From Eledone cirrhosa (Eukaryota), in assembly GCA_964016885.1 (NCBI GenBank), contig OZ024744.1:3162001-3226000 (forward strand): a stretch of DNA of 64,000 bases, written 5' to 3'. A program made the position numbers and the translations under genes. The notes beneath the pieces are model-generated. The model had not been told where the DNA came from, did not search any database, and worked only from the letters and a program-made list of their open reading frames with translations. Below, one piece after another: positions 1 to 12,000 of the stretch. Each line of letters starts with the position of its first letter. Position 1 is the first letter of the stretch.

Positions 1-3000
1 GAACGAAGTTTTGGGGGAAGACAATGTAGAGAAAGATAGCTTGGTGAAGAACGAAGTTTTGAGGGACGACAAAGTAGAGAAAGATAGCTTGGTGAAGAAC
101 GAAGTTTTGGGGGAAGACAAGGTAGAGAACGATAGCTTGATGAAGAAAGAAGTTTTGGGGGAAGACAAGGTAGAGAAAGATAGCTTGGTGAAGAACGAAG
201 TTTTGAGGGAAGACAAGGTAGAGAAAGATAGCTTGGTGAAGAACGAAGTTTTGGGGGAAGACAAGGTAGAGAAAGATAGCTTGGTGAAGAACGAAGTTTT
301 GGGGGAAGACAAGGTAGAGAAATATAGCTTGGTGAAGAACGAAGTTTTGTGGGAAGACAAGGTAGAGAAAGATAGCTTGTTGAAGAACGACGTTTTGAGG
401 GAAGACAAGGTAGAGAAAGATAGCTTGGTGAAGAACGAAGTTTTGGGGGAAGACAAGGTAGAGAGTGATAGCTTGGTGAAGAACGAACTTTTGAGGGAAG
501 ACAAGGTAGAGAAAGATAGCTTGGTGAAGAACGAAGTTTTGGGGGAAGACAAGGTAGAGAAAGATAGCTTGGTGAAGAACGAAGTTTTGAGGGAAGTCAA
601 GGTAGAGACAGATGCTTGGTGAAGAACGACATTTTGAGGGAAGACAAGGTAGAGAAAGATAGCTTGGTGAAGAACGACGTTTTGAGGGAAGACAAGGTAG
701 AGAAAGATAGCTTGGTGAAGAACGAAGTTTTGAGGGAAGACAGGATAGAGAAAGATAGCTTGGTGAATAACGAAGTTTTGGGAGAAGACAAGGTAGAGAA
801 AGATAGCTTGGTGAAGAACGACGTTTTGAGGGAAGACAAGGTAGAGAAAGATAGCTTGGTGAAGAACGAAGTTTTGGGGAAGACAATGTAGAGAAAGATA
901 GCTTGGTGAAGAACGAAGTTTTGGGGGAAGACAAGGTAGAGAAAGATAGCTTGGTGAAGAACGAAGTTTTGAGGGAAGACAAGGTAGAGAAAGATAGCTT
1001 GGTGAATAACGAAGTTTTGGGGGAAGACAAGGTAGAAAAAGATAGCTTGGTGAAGAACGAAGTTTTGGGGGAAGACATGGTAGAGAAAGATAGCTTGGTG
1101 AAGAACGAAGTTTTGAGGGAAGACAAGGTAGAGAAAGATAGCTTGGTGAAGAACGACGTTTTGTGGGAAGACAAGGTAGAGAAACATAGCTTGGTGAAGA
1201 ACGAAGTTTTGGGGGAAGACAAGGTAGAGAAAGATAGCTTGGTGAAGAACGAAGTTTTGAGGGAAGACAAGGTAGAGAAAGATAGCTTGGTGAAGAACGA
1301 CGTTTTGAGGGAAGACAAGGTAGAGAAAGATAGCTTGGTGAAGAACGAAGTTTTGAGGGAAGACAGGATAGAGAAAGATAGCTTGGTGAATAACGAAGTT
1401 TTGGGAGAAGACAAGGTAGAGAAAGATAGCTTGGTGAAGAACGACGTTTTGAGGGAAGACAAGGTAGAGAAGGATAGCTTGTGAAGAACGAAGTTTTGAG
1501 GGAAGACAAGGTAGAGAAAGATAGCTTGGTGAAGAACGAGGTTTTGGGGAAGACAATGTAGAGAAAGATAGCTTGGTGAAGAACGAAGTTTTGGGGGAAG
1601 ACAAGGTAGAGAAAGATAGCTTGGTGAAGAACGAAGTTTTGAGGAAAGACAAGGTAGAGAAAGATAGCTTGGTGAATAACGAAGTTTTGGGAGAAGACAA
1701 GGTAGAGAAAGATAGTTGGTGAAGAACGAAGTTTTGAAGGAAGACAAGGCAGAGAAATATAGCTTGGTGAAGAACGAAGTTTTGAGGGAAGACAAGGTAG
1801 AGAAAGATAGCTTGGTGAAGAACGACGTTTTGTGTGAAGACAAGGTAGAGAAACATAGCTTGGTGAAGAACGAAGTTTTGGGGGAAGACAAGGTAGAGAA
1901 AGATAGCTTGGTGAAGAACGAAGTTTTGGGGGAAGACAAGGTAGAGAAAGATAGCTTGGTGAAGAACGACGTTTTGTGGGAAGAAAAGGTAGAGAAAGAT
2001 AGCTTGGTGAAGAACGAAGTTTTGGGGGAAGACAAGGTAGAGAAAGATAGCTTGGTGAAGAACGAAGTATTGAGGGAAGACAAGGTAGAGAAAGATAGCT
2101 TGGTGAAGAACGACGTTTTGTGGGAAGAAAAGGTAGAGAAAGATAGCTTGGTGAAGAACGAAGTTTTGGGGGAAGACAAGGTAGAGAAAGATAGCTTGGT
2201 GAAGAACGACGTTTTGAGGGAAGACAAGGTAGAGAAAGATAGCTTGGTGAAGAACGACGTTTTGTGGGAAGACAAGGTAGAGAAACATAGCTTGGTGACG
2301 AACGAAGTTTTGAGGGAAATCAAGGTAGAGACAGATAGCTTGGTGAAGAACGACATTTTGAGGGAAGACAAGGTAGAGAAAGATAGCTTGGTGAAGAACG
2401 ACGTTTTGAGGGAAGACAAGGTAGAGAAAGATAGCTTGGTGAAGAACGAAGTTTTGAGGGAAGACAGGATAGAGAAAGATAGCTTGGTGAATAACGAAGT
2501 TTTGGGAGAAGACAAGGTAGAGAAAGATAGCTTGGTGAAGAACGACGTTTTGAGGGAAGACAAGGTAGAGAAAGATAGCTTGGTGAAGAACGAAGTTTTG
2601 GGGAAGACAATGTAGAGAAAGATAGCTTGGTGAAGAACGAGGTTTTGAGGGGAAACAAGGTAGAGAAAGATAGCTTGGTGAAGAACGAGGTTTTGAGGGG
2701 AAACAAGGTAGAGAAAGATAGCTTGGTGAAGAACGAAGTTTTGGGGGAAGACAAGGTAGAGAAAGATAGCTTGGTGAAGAACGAAGCTTTGAGGGAATAC
2801 AAGGTAGAGAAAGATAGCTTGGTGAAGAACGAAGTTTTGAGGGAAGACAAGGTAGAGAAAGATAGCTTGGTGAAGAACGAAGTTTTGGGGGAAGACAAGG
2901 TAGAGAAAGATAGCTTGGTGAAGAAGGAAGTTTTGAGGGAAGACAAGGTAGAGAAAGATAGCTTGGTGAAGAACGAAGTTTTAGGGGAAGACAATGTAGA

Positions 3001-4304
3001 GAAAGATAGCTTGGTGAAGAACGAAGTTTTGAGGGACGACAAAGTAGAGAAAGATAGCTTGGTGAAGAACGAAGTTTTGGGGGAAGACAAGGTAGAGAAC
3101 GATAGCTTGATGAAGAAAGAAGTTTTGGGGGAAGACAAGGTAGAGAAAGATAGCTTGGTGAAGAACGAAGTTTTGAGGGAAGACAAGGTAGAGAAAGATA
3201 GCTTGGTGAAGAACGAAGTTTTGGGGGAAGACAAGGTAGAGAAAGATAGCTTGGTGAAGAACGAAGTTTTGGGGGAAGACAAGGTAGAGAAATATAGCTT
3301 GGTGAAGAACGAAGTTTTGTGGGAAGACAAGGTAGAGAAAGATAGCTTGGTGAATAACGAAGTTTTGGGAGAAGACAAGGTAGAGAAAGATAGTTGGTGA
3401 AGAACGAAGTTTTGAAGGAAGACAAGGCAGAGAAATATAGCTTGGTGAAGAACGAAGTTTTGAGGGAAGACAAGGTAGAGAAAGATAGCTTGGTGAAGAA
3501 CGACGTTTTGTGGGAAGACAAGGTAGAGAAACATAGCTTGGTGAAGAACGAAGTTTTGGGGGAAGACAAGGTAGAGAAAGATAGCTTGGTGAAGAACGAA
3601 GTTTTGGGGGAAGACAAGGTAGAGAAAGATAGCTTGGTGAAGAACGACGTTTTGTGGGAAGAAAAGGTAGAGAAAGATAGCTTGGTGAAGAACGAAGTTT
3701 TGGGGGAAGACAAGGTAGAGAAAGATAGCTTGGTGCAGAACGAAGTATTGAGGGAAGACAAGGTAGAGAAAGATAGCTTGGTGAAGAACGACGTTTTGTG
3801 GGAAGAAAAGGTAGAGAAAGATAGCTTGGTGAAGAACGAAGTTTTGGGGGAAGACAAGGTAGAGAAAGATAGCTTGGTGAAGAACGACGTTTTGAGGGAA
3901 GACAAGGTAGAGAAAGATAGCTTGGTGAAGAACGACGTTTTGTGGGAAGAAAAGGTAGAGAAAGATAGCTTGGTGAAGAACGAAGTTTTGGGGGAAGACA
4001 AGGTAGAGAAAGATAGCTTGGTGAAGAACGAAGTATTGAGGGAAGACTAGGTAGAGAAAGATAGCTTGGTGAAGAACGACGTATTGAGGGAAGACAAGGT
4101 AGAGAAAGATAGCTTGGTGAAGAACGAAGTTTTGAGGGAAGACAAGGTAGAGAAAGATAGCTTGGTGAAGAACGACGTTTTGGGGGAAGACAAGGTAGAG
4201 AAAGATAGCTTGGTGAAGAACGAAGTTTTGAGGGAAGACAAGGTAGAGAAAGATAGCTTGGTGAAGAACGAAGTTTTGAGGGAAGACAAGGTAGAGAAAG
4301 ATAG

Positions 4305-4878
4305 TTGGTGAAGAACGAAGTTTTGAGGGAAGACAAGGTAGAGAAAGATAGCTTGGTGAAGAACGAGGTTTTGAGGGGAAACAAGGTAGAGAAAGATAGC
4401 TTGGTGAAGAACGAAGTTTTGGGGGAAGACAAGGTAGAGAAAGATAGCTTGGTGAAGAACGACGTTTTGGGGGAAGACAAGGTAGAGAAAGATAGCTTGG
4501 TGAAGAACGAAGTTTTGAGGGAAGACAAGGTAGAGAAAGATAGCTTGGTGAAGAACGAAGTTTTGAGGGAAGACAAGGTAGAGAAAGATAGTTGGTGAAG
4601 AACGAAGTTTTGAGGGAAGACAAGGTAGAGAAAGATAGCTTGGTGAAGAACGAGGTTTTGAGGGGAAACAAGGTAGAGAAAGATAGCTTGGTGAAGAACG
4701 AAGTTTTGGGGGAAGACAAGGTAGAGAAAGATAGCTTGGTGAAGAACGAAGCTTTGAGGGAATACAAGGTAGAGAAAGATAGCTTGGTGAAGAATGAAGT
4801 TTTGAGGGAAGACAAGGTAGAGAAAGATAGCTTGGTGAAGAACGAAGTTTTGGGGGAAGACAAGGTAGAGAAAGATAG
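4305..4878 (+). repeat. Local ~287-bp (6-monomer) partial duplication
   Basis: The GATAGTTGG (C-deleted) monomer followed by the GAGGTTTTGAGGGGAAAC monomer recurs at ORF starts 4305 and 4592. The offset is 287 = 6x48-1. The paralogous region near 32451-32690 has only one copy. Confidence 0.75.
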
Positions 4879-5934
4879 CTTGGTGAAGAAGGAAGTTTTG
4901 AGGGAAGACAAGGTAGAGAAAGATAGCTTGGTGAAGAACGAAGTTTTGGGGGAAGACAATGTAGAGAAAGATAGCTTGGTGAAGAACGAAGTTTTGAGGG
5001 ACGACAAAGTAGAGAAAGATAGCTTGGTGAAGAACGAAGTTTTGGGGGAAGACAAGGTAGAGAACGATAGCTTGATGAAGAAAGAAGTTTTGGGGGAAGA
5101 CAAGGTAGAGAAAGATAGCTTGGTGAAGAACGAAATTTTGAGGGAAGACAAGGTAGAGAAAGATAGCTTGGTGAAGAACGAAGTTTTGGGGGAAGACAAG
5201 GTAGAGAAAGATAGCTTGGTGAAGAACGAAGTTTTGGGGGAAGACAAGGTAGAGAAATATAGCTTGGTGAAGAACGAAGTTTTGTGGGAAGACAAGGTAG
5301 AGAAAGATAGCTTGTTGAAGAACGACGTTTTGAGGGAAGACAAGGTAGAGAACGATAGCTTGGTGAAGAACGAAGTTTTGAGGGAAGACAAGGTAGAGAG
5401 TGATAGCTTGGTGAAGAACGAACTTTTGAGGGAAGACAAGGTAGAGAAAGATAGCTTGGTGAAGAACGAAGTTTTGGGGGAAGACAAGGTAGAGAAAGAT
5501 AGCTTGGTGAAGAACGAAGTTTTGGGGGAAGACAAGGTAGAGAACGATAGCTTGGTGAAGAACGAAGTTTTGAGGGAAGACAAGGTAGAGAAAGATAGCT
5601 TGGTGACGAACGAAGTTTTGAGGGAAGTCAAGGTAGAGACAGATAGCTTGGTGAAGAACGACATTTTGAGGGAAGACAAGGTAGAGAAAGATAGCTTGGT
5701 GAAGAACGACGTTTTGAGGGAAGACAAGGTAGAGAAAGATAGCTTGGTGAAGAACGAAGTTTTGAGGGAAGACAGGATAGAGAAAGATAGCTTGGTGAAT
5801 AACGAAGTTTTGGGAGAAGACAAGGTAGAGAAAGATAGCTTGGTGAAGAACGACGTTTTGAGGGAAGACAAGGTAGAGAAAGATAGCTTGGTGAAGAACG
5901 AAGTTTTGGGGAAGACAATGTAGAGAAAGATAGC

Positions 5935-8900
5935 TTGGTGAAGAACGAGGTTTTGAGGGGAAACAAGGTAGAGAAAGATAGCTTGGTGAAGAACGAGGTT
6001 TTGAGGGGAAACAAGGTAGAGAAAGATAGCTTGGTGAAGAACGAAGTTTTGGGGGAAGACAAGGTAGAGAAAGATAGCTTGGTGAAGAACGAAGCTTTGA
6101 GGGAATACAAGGTAGAGAAAGATAGCTTGGTGAAGAACGAAGTTTTGAGGGAAGACAATGTAGAGAAAGATAGCTTGGAGAAGAACGAAGTTTTGGGGGA
6201 AGACAAGGTAGAGAAAGATAGCTTGGTGAAGAAGGAAGTTTTGAGGGAAGACAAGGTAGAGAAAGATAGCTTGGTGAAGAACGAAGTTTTGGGGGAAGAC
6301 AATGTAGAGAAAGATAGCTTGGTGAAGAACGAAGTTTTGAGGGACGACAAAGTAGAGAAAGATAGCTTGGTGAAGAACGAAGTTTTGGGGGAAGACAAGG
6401 TAGAGAACGATAGCTTGATGAAGAAAGAAGTTTTGGGGGAAGACAAGGTAGAGAAAGATAGCTTGGTGAAGAACGAAGTTTTGAGGGAAGACAAGGTAGA
6501 GAAAGATAGCTTGGTGAAGAACGAAGTTTTGGGGGAAGACAAGGTAGAGAAAGATAGCTTGGTGAAGAACGAAGTTTTGGGGGAAGACAAGGTAGAGAAA
6601 TATAGCTTGGTGAAGAACGAAGTTTTGTGGGAAGACAAGGTAGAGAAAGATAGCTTGTTGAAGAACGACGTTTTGAGGGAAGACAAGGTAGAGAAAGATA
6701 GCTTGGTGAAGAACGAAGTTTTGGGGGAAGACAAGGTAGAGAGTGATAGCTTGGTGAAGAACGAACTTTTGAGGGAAGACAAGGTAGAGAAAGATAGCTT
6801 GGTGAAGAACGAAGTTTTGGGGGAAGACAAGGTAGAGAGAGATAGCTTGGTGAAGAACGAAGTTTTGAGGGAAGTCAAGGTAGAGACAGATAGCTTGGTG
6901 AAGAACGACATTTTGAGGGAAGACAAGGTAGAGAAAGATAGCTTGGTGAAGAACGAAGTTTTGGGGGAAGACAAGGTAGAGAAAGATAGCTTGGTGAAGA
7001 ACGAAGTTTTGAGGGAAGACAAGGTAGAGAAAGATAGCTTGGTGAATAACGAAGTTTTGGGGGAAGACAAGGTAGAAAAAGATAGCTTGGTGAAGAACGA
7101 AGTTTTGGGGGAAGACAAGGTAGAGAAAGATAGCTTGGTGAAGAACGAAGTTTTGAGGGAAGACAAGGTAGAGAAAGATAGCTTGTTGAAGAACGACGTT
7201 TTGAGGGAAGACAAGGTAGAGAACGATAGCTTGGTGAAGAACGAAGTTTTGAGGGAAGACAAGGTAGAGAGTGATAGCTTGGTGAAGAACGAACTTTTGA
7301 GGGAAGACAAGGTAGAGAAAGATAGCTTGGTGAAGAACGAAGTTTTGGGGGAAGACAAGGTAGAGAAAGATAGCTTGGTGAAGAACGAAGTTTTGGGGGA
7401 AGACAAGGTAGAGAACGATAGCTTGGTGAAGAACGAAGTTTTGAGGGAAGACAAGGTAGAGAAAGATAGCTTGGTGACGAACGAAGTTTTGAGGGAAGTC
7501 AAGGTAGAGACAGATAGCTTGGTGAAGAACGACATTTTGAGGGAAGACAAGGTAGAGAAAGATAGCTTGGTGAAGAACGACGTTTTGAGGGAAGACAAGG
7601 TAGAGAAAGATAGCTTGGTGAAGAACGAAGTTTTGAGGGAAGACAGGATAGAGAAAGATAGCTTGGTGAATAACGAAGTTTTGGGAGAAGACAAGGTAGA
7701 GAAAGATAGCTTGGTGAAGAACGACGTTTTGAGGGAAGACAAGGTAGAGAAAGATAGCTTGGTGAAGAACGAAGTTTTGGGGAAGACAATGTAGAGAAAG
7801 ATAGCTTGGTGAAGAACGAGGTTTTGAGGGGAAACAAGGTAGAGAAAGATAGCTTGGTGAAGAACGAGGTTTTGAGGGGAAACAAGGTAGAGAAAGATAG
7901 CTTGGTGAAGAACGAAGTTTTGGGGGAAGACAAGGTAGAGAAAGATAGCTTGGTGAAGAACGAAGCTTTGAGGGAATACAAGGTAGAGAAAGATAGCTTG
8001 GTGAAGAACGAAGTTTTGAGGGAAGACAATGTAGAGAAAGATAGCTTGGAGAAGAACGAAGTTTTGGGGGAAGACAAGGTAGAGAAAGATAGCTTGGTGA
8101 AGAAGGAAGTTTTGAGGGAAGACAAGGTAGAGAAAGATAGCTTGGTGAAGAACGAAGTTTTGGGGGAAGACAATGTAGAGAAAGATAGCTTGGTGAAGAA
8201 CGAAGTTTTGAGGGACGACAAAGTAGAGAAAGATAGCTTGGTGAAGAACGAAGTTTTGGGGGAAGACAAGGTAGAGAACGATAGCTTGATGAAGAAAGAA
8301 GTTTTGGGGGAAGACAAGGTAGAGAAAGATAGCTTGGTGAAGAACGAAGTTTTGAGGGAAGACAAGGTAGAGAAAGATAGCTTGGTGAAGAACGAAGTTT
8401 TGGGGGAAGACAAGGTAGAGAAAGATAGCTTGGTGAAGAACGAAGTTTTGGGGGAAGACAAGGTAGAGAAATATAGCTTGGTGAAGAACGAAGTTTTGTG
8501 GGAAGACAAGGTAGAGAAAGATAGCTTGTTGAAGAACGACGTTTTGAGGGAAGACAAGGTAGAGAAAGATAGCTTGGTGAAGAACGAAGTTTTGGGGGAA
8601 GACAAGGTAGAGAGTGATAGCTTGGTGAAGAACGAACTTTTGAGGGAAGACAAGGTAGAGAAAGATAGCTTGGTGAAGAACGAAGTTTTGGGGGAAGACA
8701 AGGTAGAGAGAGATAGCTTGGTGAAGAACGAAGTTTTGAGGGAAGTCAAGGTAGAGACAGATAGCTTGGTGAAGAACGACATTTTGAGGGAAGACAAGGT
8801 AGAGAAAGATAGCTTGGTGAAGAACGAAGTTTTGGGGGAAGACAAGGTAGAGAAAGATAGCTTGGTGAAGAACGAAGTTTTGAGGGAAGACAAGGTAGAG

Positions 8901-9050
8901 AAAGATAGCTTGGTGAATAACGAAGTTTTGGGGGAAGACAAGGTAGAAAAAGATAGCTTGGTGAAGAACGAAGTTTTGGGGGAAGACAAGGTAGAGAAAG
9001 ATAGCTTGGTGAAGAACGAAGTTTTGAGGGAAGACAAGGTAGAGAAAGAT
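5935..9050 (+). repeat. Higher-order duplication, offset 1871 bp (39 monomers)
   Basis: ORFs at 5935 and 7806 share the same order of variant monomers (RGNK,RGNK..ALREY..SLEK..RDDK..LMKK..VERD..) over about 25 monomers. 1871 = 39x48-1. Confidence 0.85.
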
Positions 9051-12000
9051 AGCTTGGTGAAGAACGACGTTTTGTGGGAAGACAAGGTAGAGAAACATAG
9101 CTTGGTGACGAACGAAGTTTTGAGGGAAATCAAGGTAGAGACAGATAGCTTGGTGAAGAACGACATTTTGAGGGAAGACAAGGTAGAGAAAGATAGCTTG
9201 GTGAAGAACGACGTTTTGAGGGAAGACAAGGTAGAGAAACATAGCTTGGTGAAGAACGAACTTTTGAGGGAAGACAAGGTAGAGAAAGATAGCTTGGTGA
9301 AGAACGAAGTTTTGGGGGAAGACAAGGTAGAGAAAGATAGCTTGGTGAAGAACGAAGTTTTGAGGGAAGACAAGGTAGAGAGTGATAGCTTGGTGAAGAA
9401 CGAACTTTTGAGGGAAGACAAGGTAGAGAAAGATAGCTTGGTGAAGAACGAAGTTTTGGGGGAAGACAAGGTAGAGAAAGATAGCTTGGTGAAGAACGAA
9501 GTTTTGGGGGAAGACAAGGTAGAGAACGATAGCTTGGTGAAGAACGAAGTTTTGAGGGAAGACAAGGTAGAGAAAGATAGCTTGGTGACGAACGAAGTTT
9601 TGAGGGAAGTCAAGGTAGAGACAGATAGCTTGGTGAAGAACGACATTTTGAGGGAAGACAAGGTAGAGAAAGATAGCTTGGTGAAGAACGACGTTTTGAG
9701 GGAAGACAAGGTAGAGAAAGATAGCTTGGTGAAGAACGAAGTTTTGAGGGAAGACAGGATAGAGAAAGATAGCTTGGTGAATAACGAAGTTTTGGGAGAA
9801 GACAAGGTAGAGAAAGATAGCTTGGTGAAGAACGACGTTTTGAGGGAAGACAAGGTAGAGAAAGATAGCTTGGTGAAGAACGAAGTTTTGGGGAAGACAA
9901 TGTAGAGAAAGATAGCTTGGTGAAGAACGAGGTTTTGAGGGGAAACAAGGTAGAGAAAGATAGCTTGGTGAAGAACGAGGTTTTGAGGGGAAACAATGTA
10001 GAGAAAGATAGCTTGGTGAAGAACGAAGTTTTGGGGGAAGACAAGGTAGAGAAAGATAGCTTGGTGAAGAACGAAGCTTTGAGGGAATACAAGGTAGAGA
10101 AAGATAGCTTGGTGAAGAACGAAGTTTTGAGGGAAGACAATGTAGAGAAAGATAGCTTGGAGAAGAACGAAGTTTTGGGGGAAGACAAGGTAGAGAAAGA
10201 TAGCTTGGTGAAGAAGGAAGTTTTGAGGGAAGACAAGGTAGAGAAAGATAGCTTGGTGAAGAACGAAGTTTTGGGGGAAGACAATGTAGAGAAAGATAGC
10301 TTGGTGAAGAACGAAGTTTTGAGGGACGACAAAGTAGAGAAAGATAGCTTGGTGAAGAACGAAGTTTTGGGGGAAGACAAGGTAGAGAACGATAGCTTGA
10401 TGAAGAAAGAAGTTTTGGGGGAAGACAAGGTAGAGAAAGATAGCTTGGTGAAGAACGAAGTTTTGTGGGAAGACAAGGTAGAGAAAGATAGCTTGTTGAA
10501 GAACGACGTTTTGAGGGAAGACAAGGTAGAGAAAGATAGCTTGGTGAAGAACGAAGTTTTGGGGGAAGACAAGGTAGAGAGTGATAGCTTGGTGAAGAAC
10601 GAACTTTTGAGGGAAGACAAGGTAGAGAAAGATAGCTTGGTGAAGAACGAAGTTTTGGGGGAAGACAAGGTAGAGAGAGATAGCTTGGTGAAGAACGAAG
10701 TTTTGAGGGAAGTCAAGGTAGTGACAGATAGCTTGGTGAAGAACGACATTTTGAGGGAAGACAAGGTAAGAGAAAGATAGCTTGGTGAAGAACGAAGTTT
10801 TGGGGAAGACAAGGTAGAGAAAGATAGCTTGGTGAAGAACGAAGTTTTGAGGGAAGACAAGGTAGAGAAAGATAGCTTGGTGAATAACGAAGTTTTGGGG
10901 GAAGACAAGGTAGAAAAAGATAGCTTGGTGAAGAACGAAGTTTTGGGGGAAGACAAGGTAGAGAAAGATAGCTTGGTGAAGAACGAAGTTTTGAGGGAAG
11001 ACAAGGTAGAGAAAGATAGCTTGGTGAAGAACGACGTTTTGTGGGAAGACAAGGTAGAGAAACATAGCTTGGTGACGAACGAAGTTTTGAGGGAAATCAA
11101 GGTAGAGACAGATAGCTTGGTGAAGAACGACATTTTGAGGGAAGACAAGGTAGAGAAAGATAGCTTGGTGAAGAACGACGTTTTGAGGGAAGACAAGGTA
11201 GAGAAAGATAGCTTGGTGAAGAACGAAGTTTTGAGGGAAGACAGGATAGAGAAAGATAGCTTGGTGAATAACGAAGTTTTGGTAGAAGACAAGGTAGAGA
11301 AAGATAGCTTGGTGAAGAACGACGTTTTGAGGGAAGACAAGGTAGAGAAAGATAGCTTGGTGAAGAACGAAGTTTTGGGGAAGACAATGTAGAGAAAGAT
11401 AGCTTGGTGAAGAACGAGGTTTTGAGGGGAAACAAGGTAGAGAAAGATAGCTTGGTGAAGAACGAGGTTTTGAGGGGAAACAAGGTAGAGAAAGATAGCT
11501 TGGTGAAGAACGAAGTTTTGGGGGAAGACAAGGTAGAGAAAGATAGCTTGGTGAAGAACGAAGCTTTGAGGGAATACAAGGTAGAGAAAGATAGCTTGGT
11601 GAAGAACGAAGTTTTGAGGGAAGACAAGGTAGAGAAAGATAGCTTGGTGAAGAACGAAGTTTTGGGGGAAGACAAGGTAGAGAAAGATAGCTTGGTGAAG
11701 AAGGAAGTTTTGAGGGAAGACAAGGTAGAGAAAGATAGCTTGGTGAAGAACGATGTTTTGGGGGAAGACAATGTAGAGAAAGATAGCTTGGTGAAGAACG
11801 AAGTTTTGAGGGACGACAAAGTAGAGAAAGATAGCTTGGTGAAGAACGAAGTTTTGGGGGAAGACAAGGTAGAGAACGATAGCTTGATGAAGAAAGAAGT
11901 TTTGGGGGAAGACAAGGTAGAGAAAGATAGCTTGGTGAAGAACGAAGTTTTGAGGGAATACAAGGTAGAGAAAGATAGCTTGGTGAAGAACGAAGTTTTG

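Noticed and set aside
870-900. Programmed frameshifting at TTTTGGGGAAG linking ORFs into one giant protein
   Set aside because: It is not a canonical X XXY YYZ slippery site and has no stimulatory structure. Other indel types and in-frame stops also break the frame.
7806-9905. Plus-strand E/K/D/V-rich ORFs as repetitive antigen or structural protein genes
   Set aside because: They are pure repeat, with TTG starts arising inside monomers and ends set by recurrent frameshifts. There is no signal peptide or unique terminus.
10765-10806. Compensating +1/-1 indels suggesting frame selection
   Set aside because: They are singletons absent from paralogous copies near 14365 and 17915, and a stop lies between them. 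Probably consensus error or private mutation, like the singleton indels near 614, 38597, 51865, 56246 and 59548.
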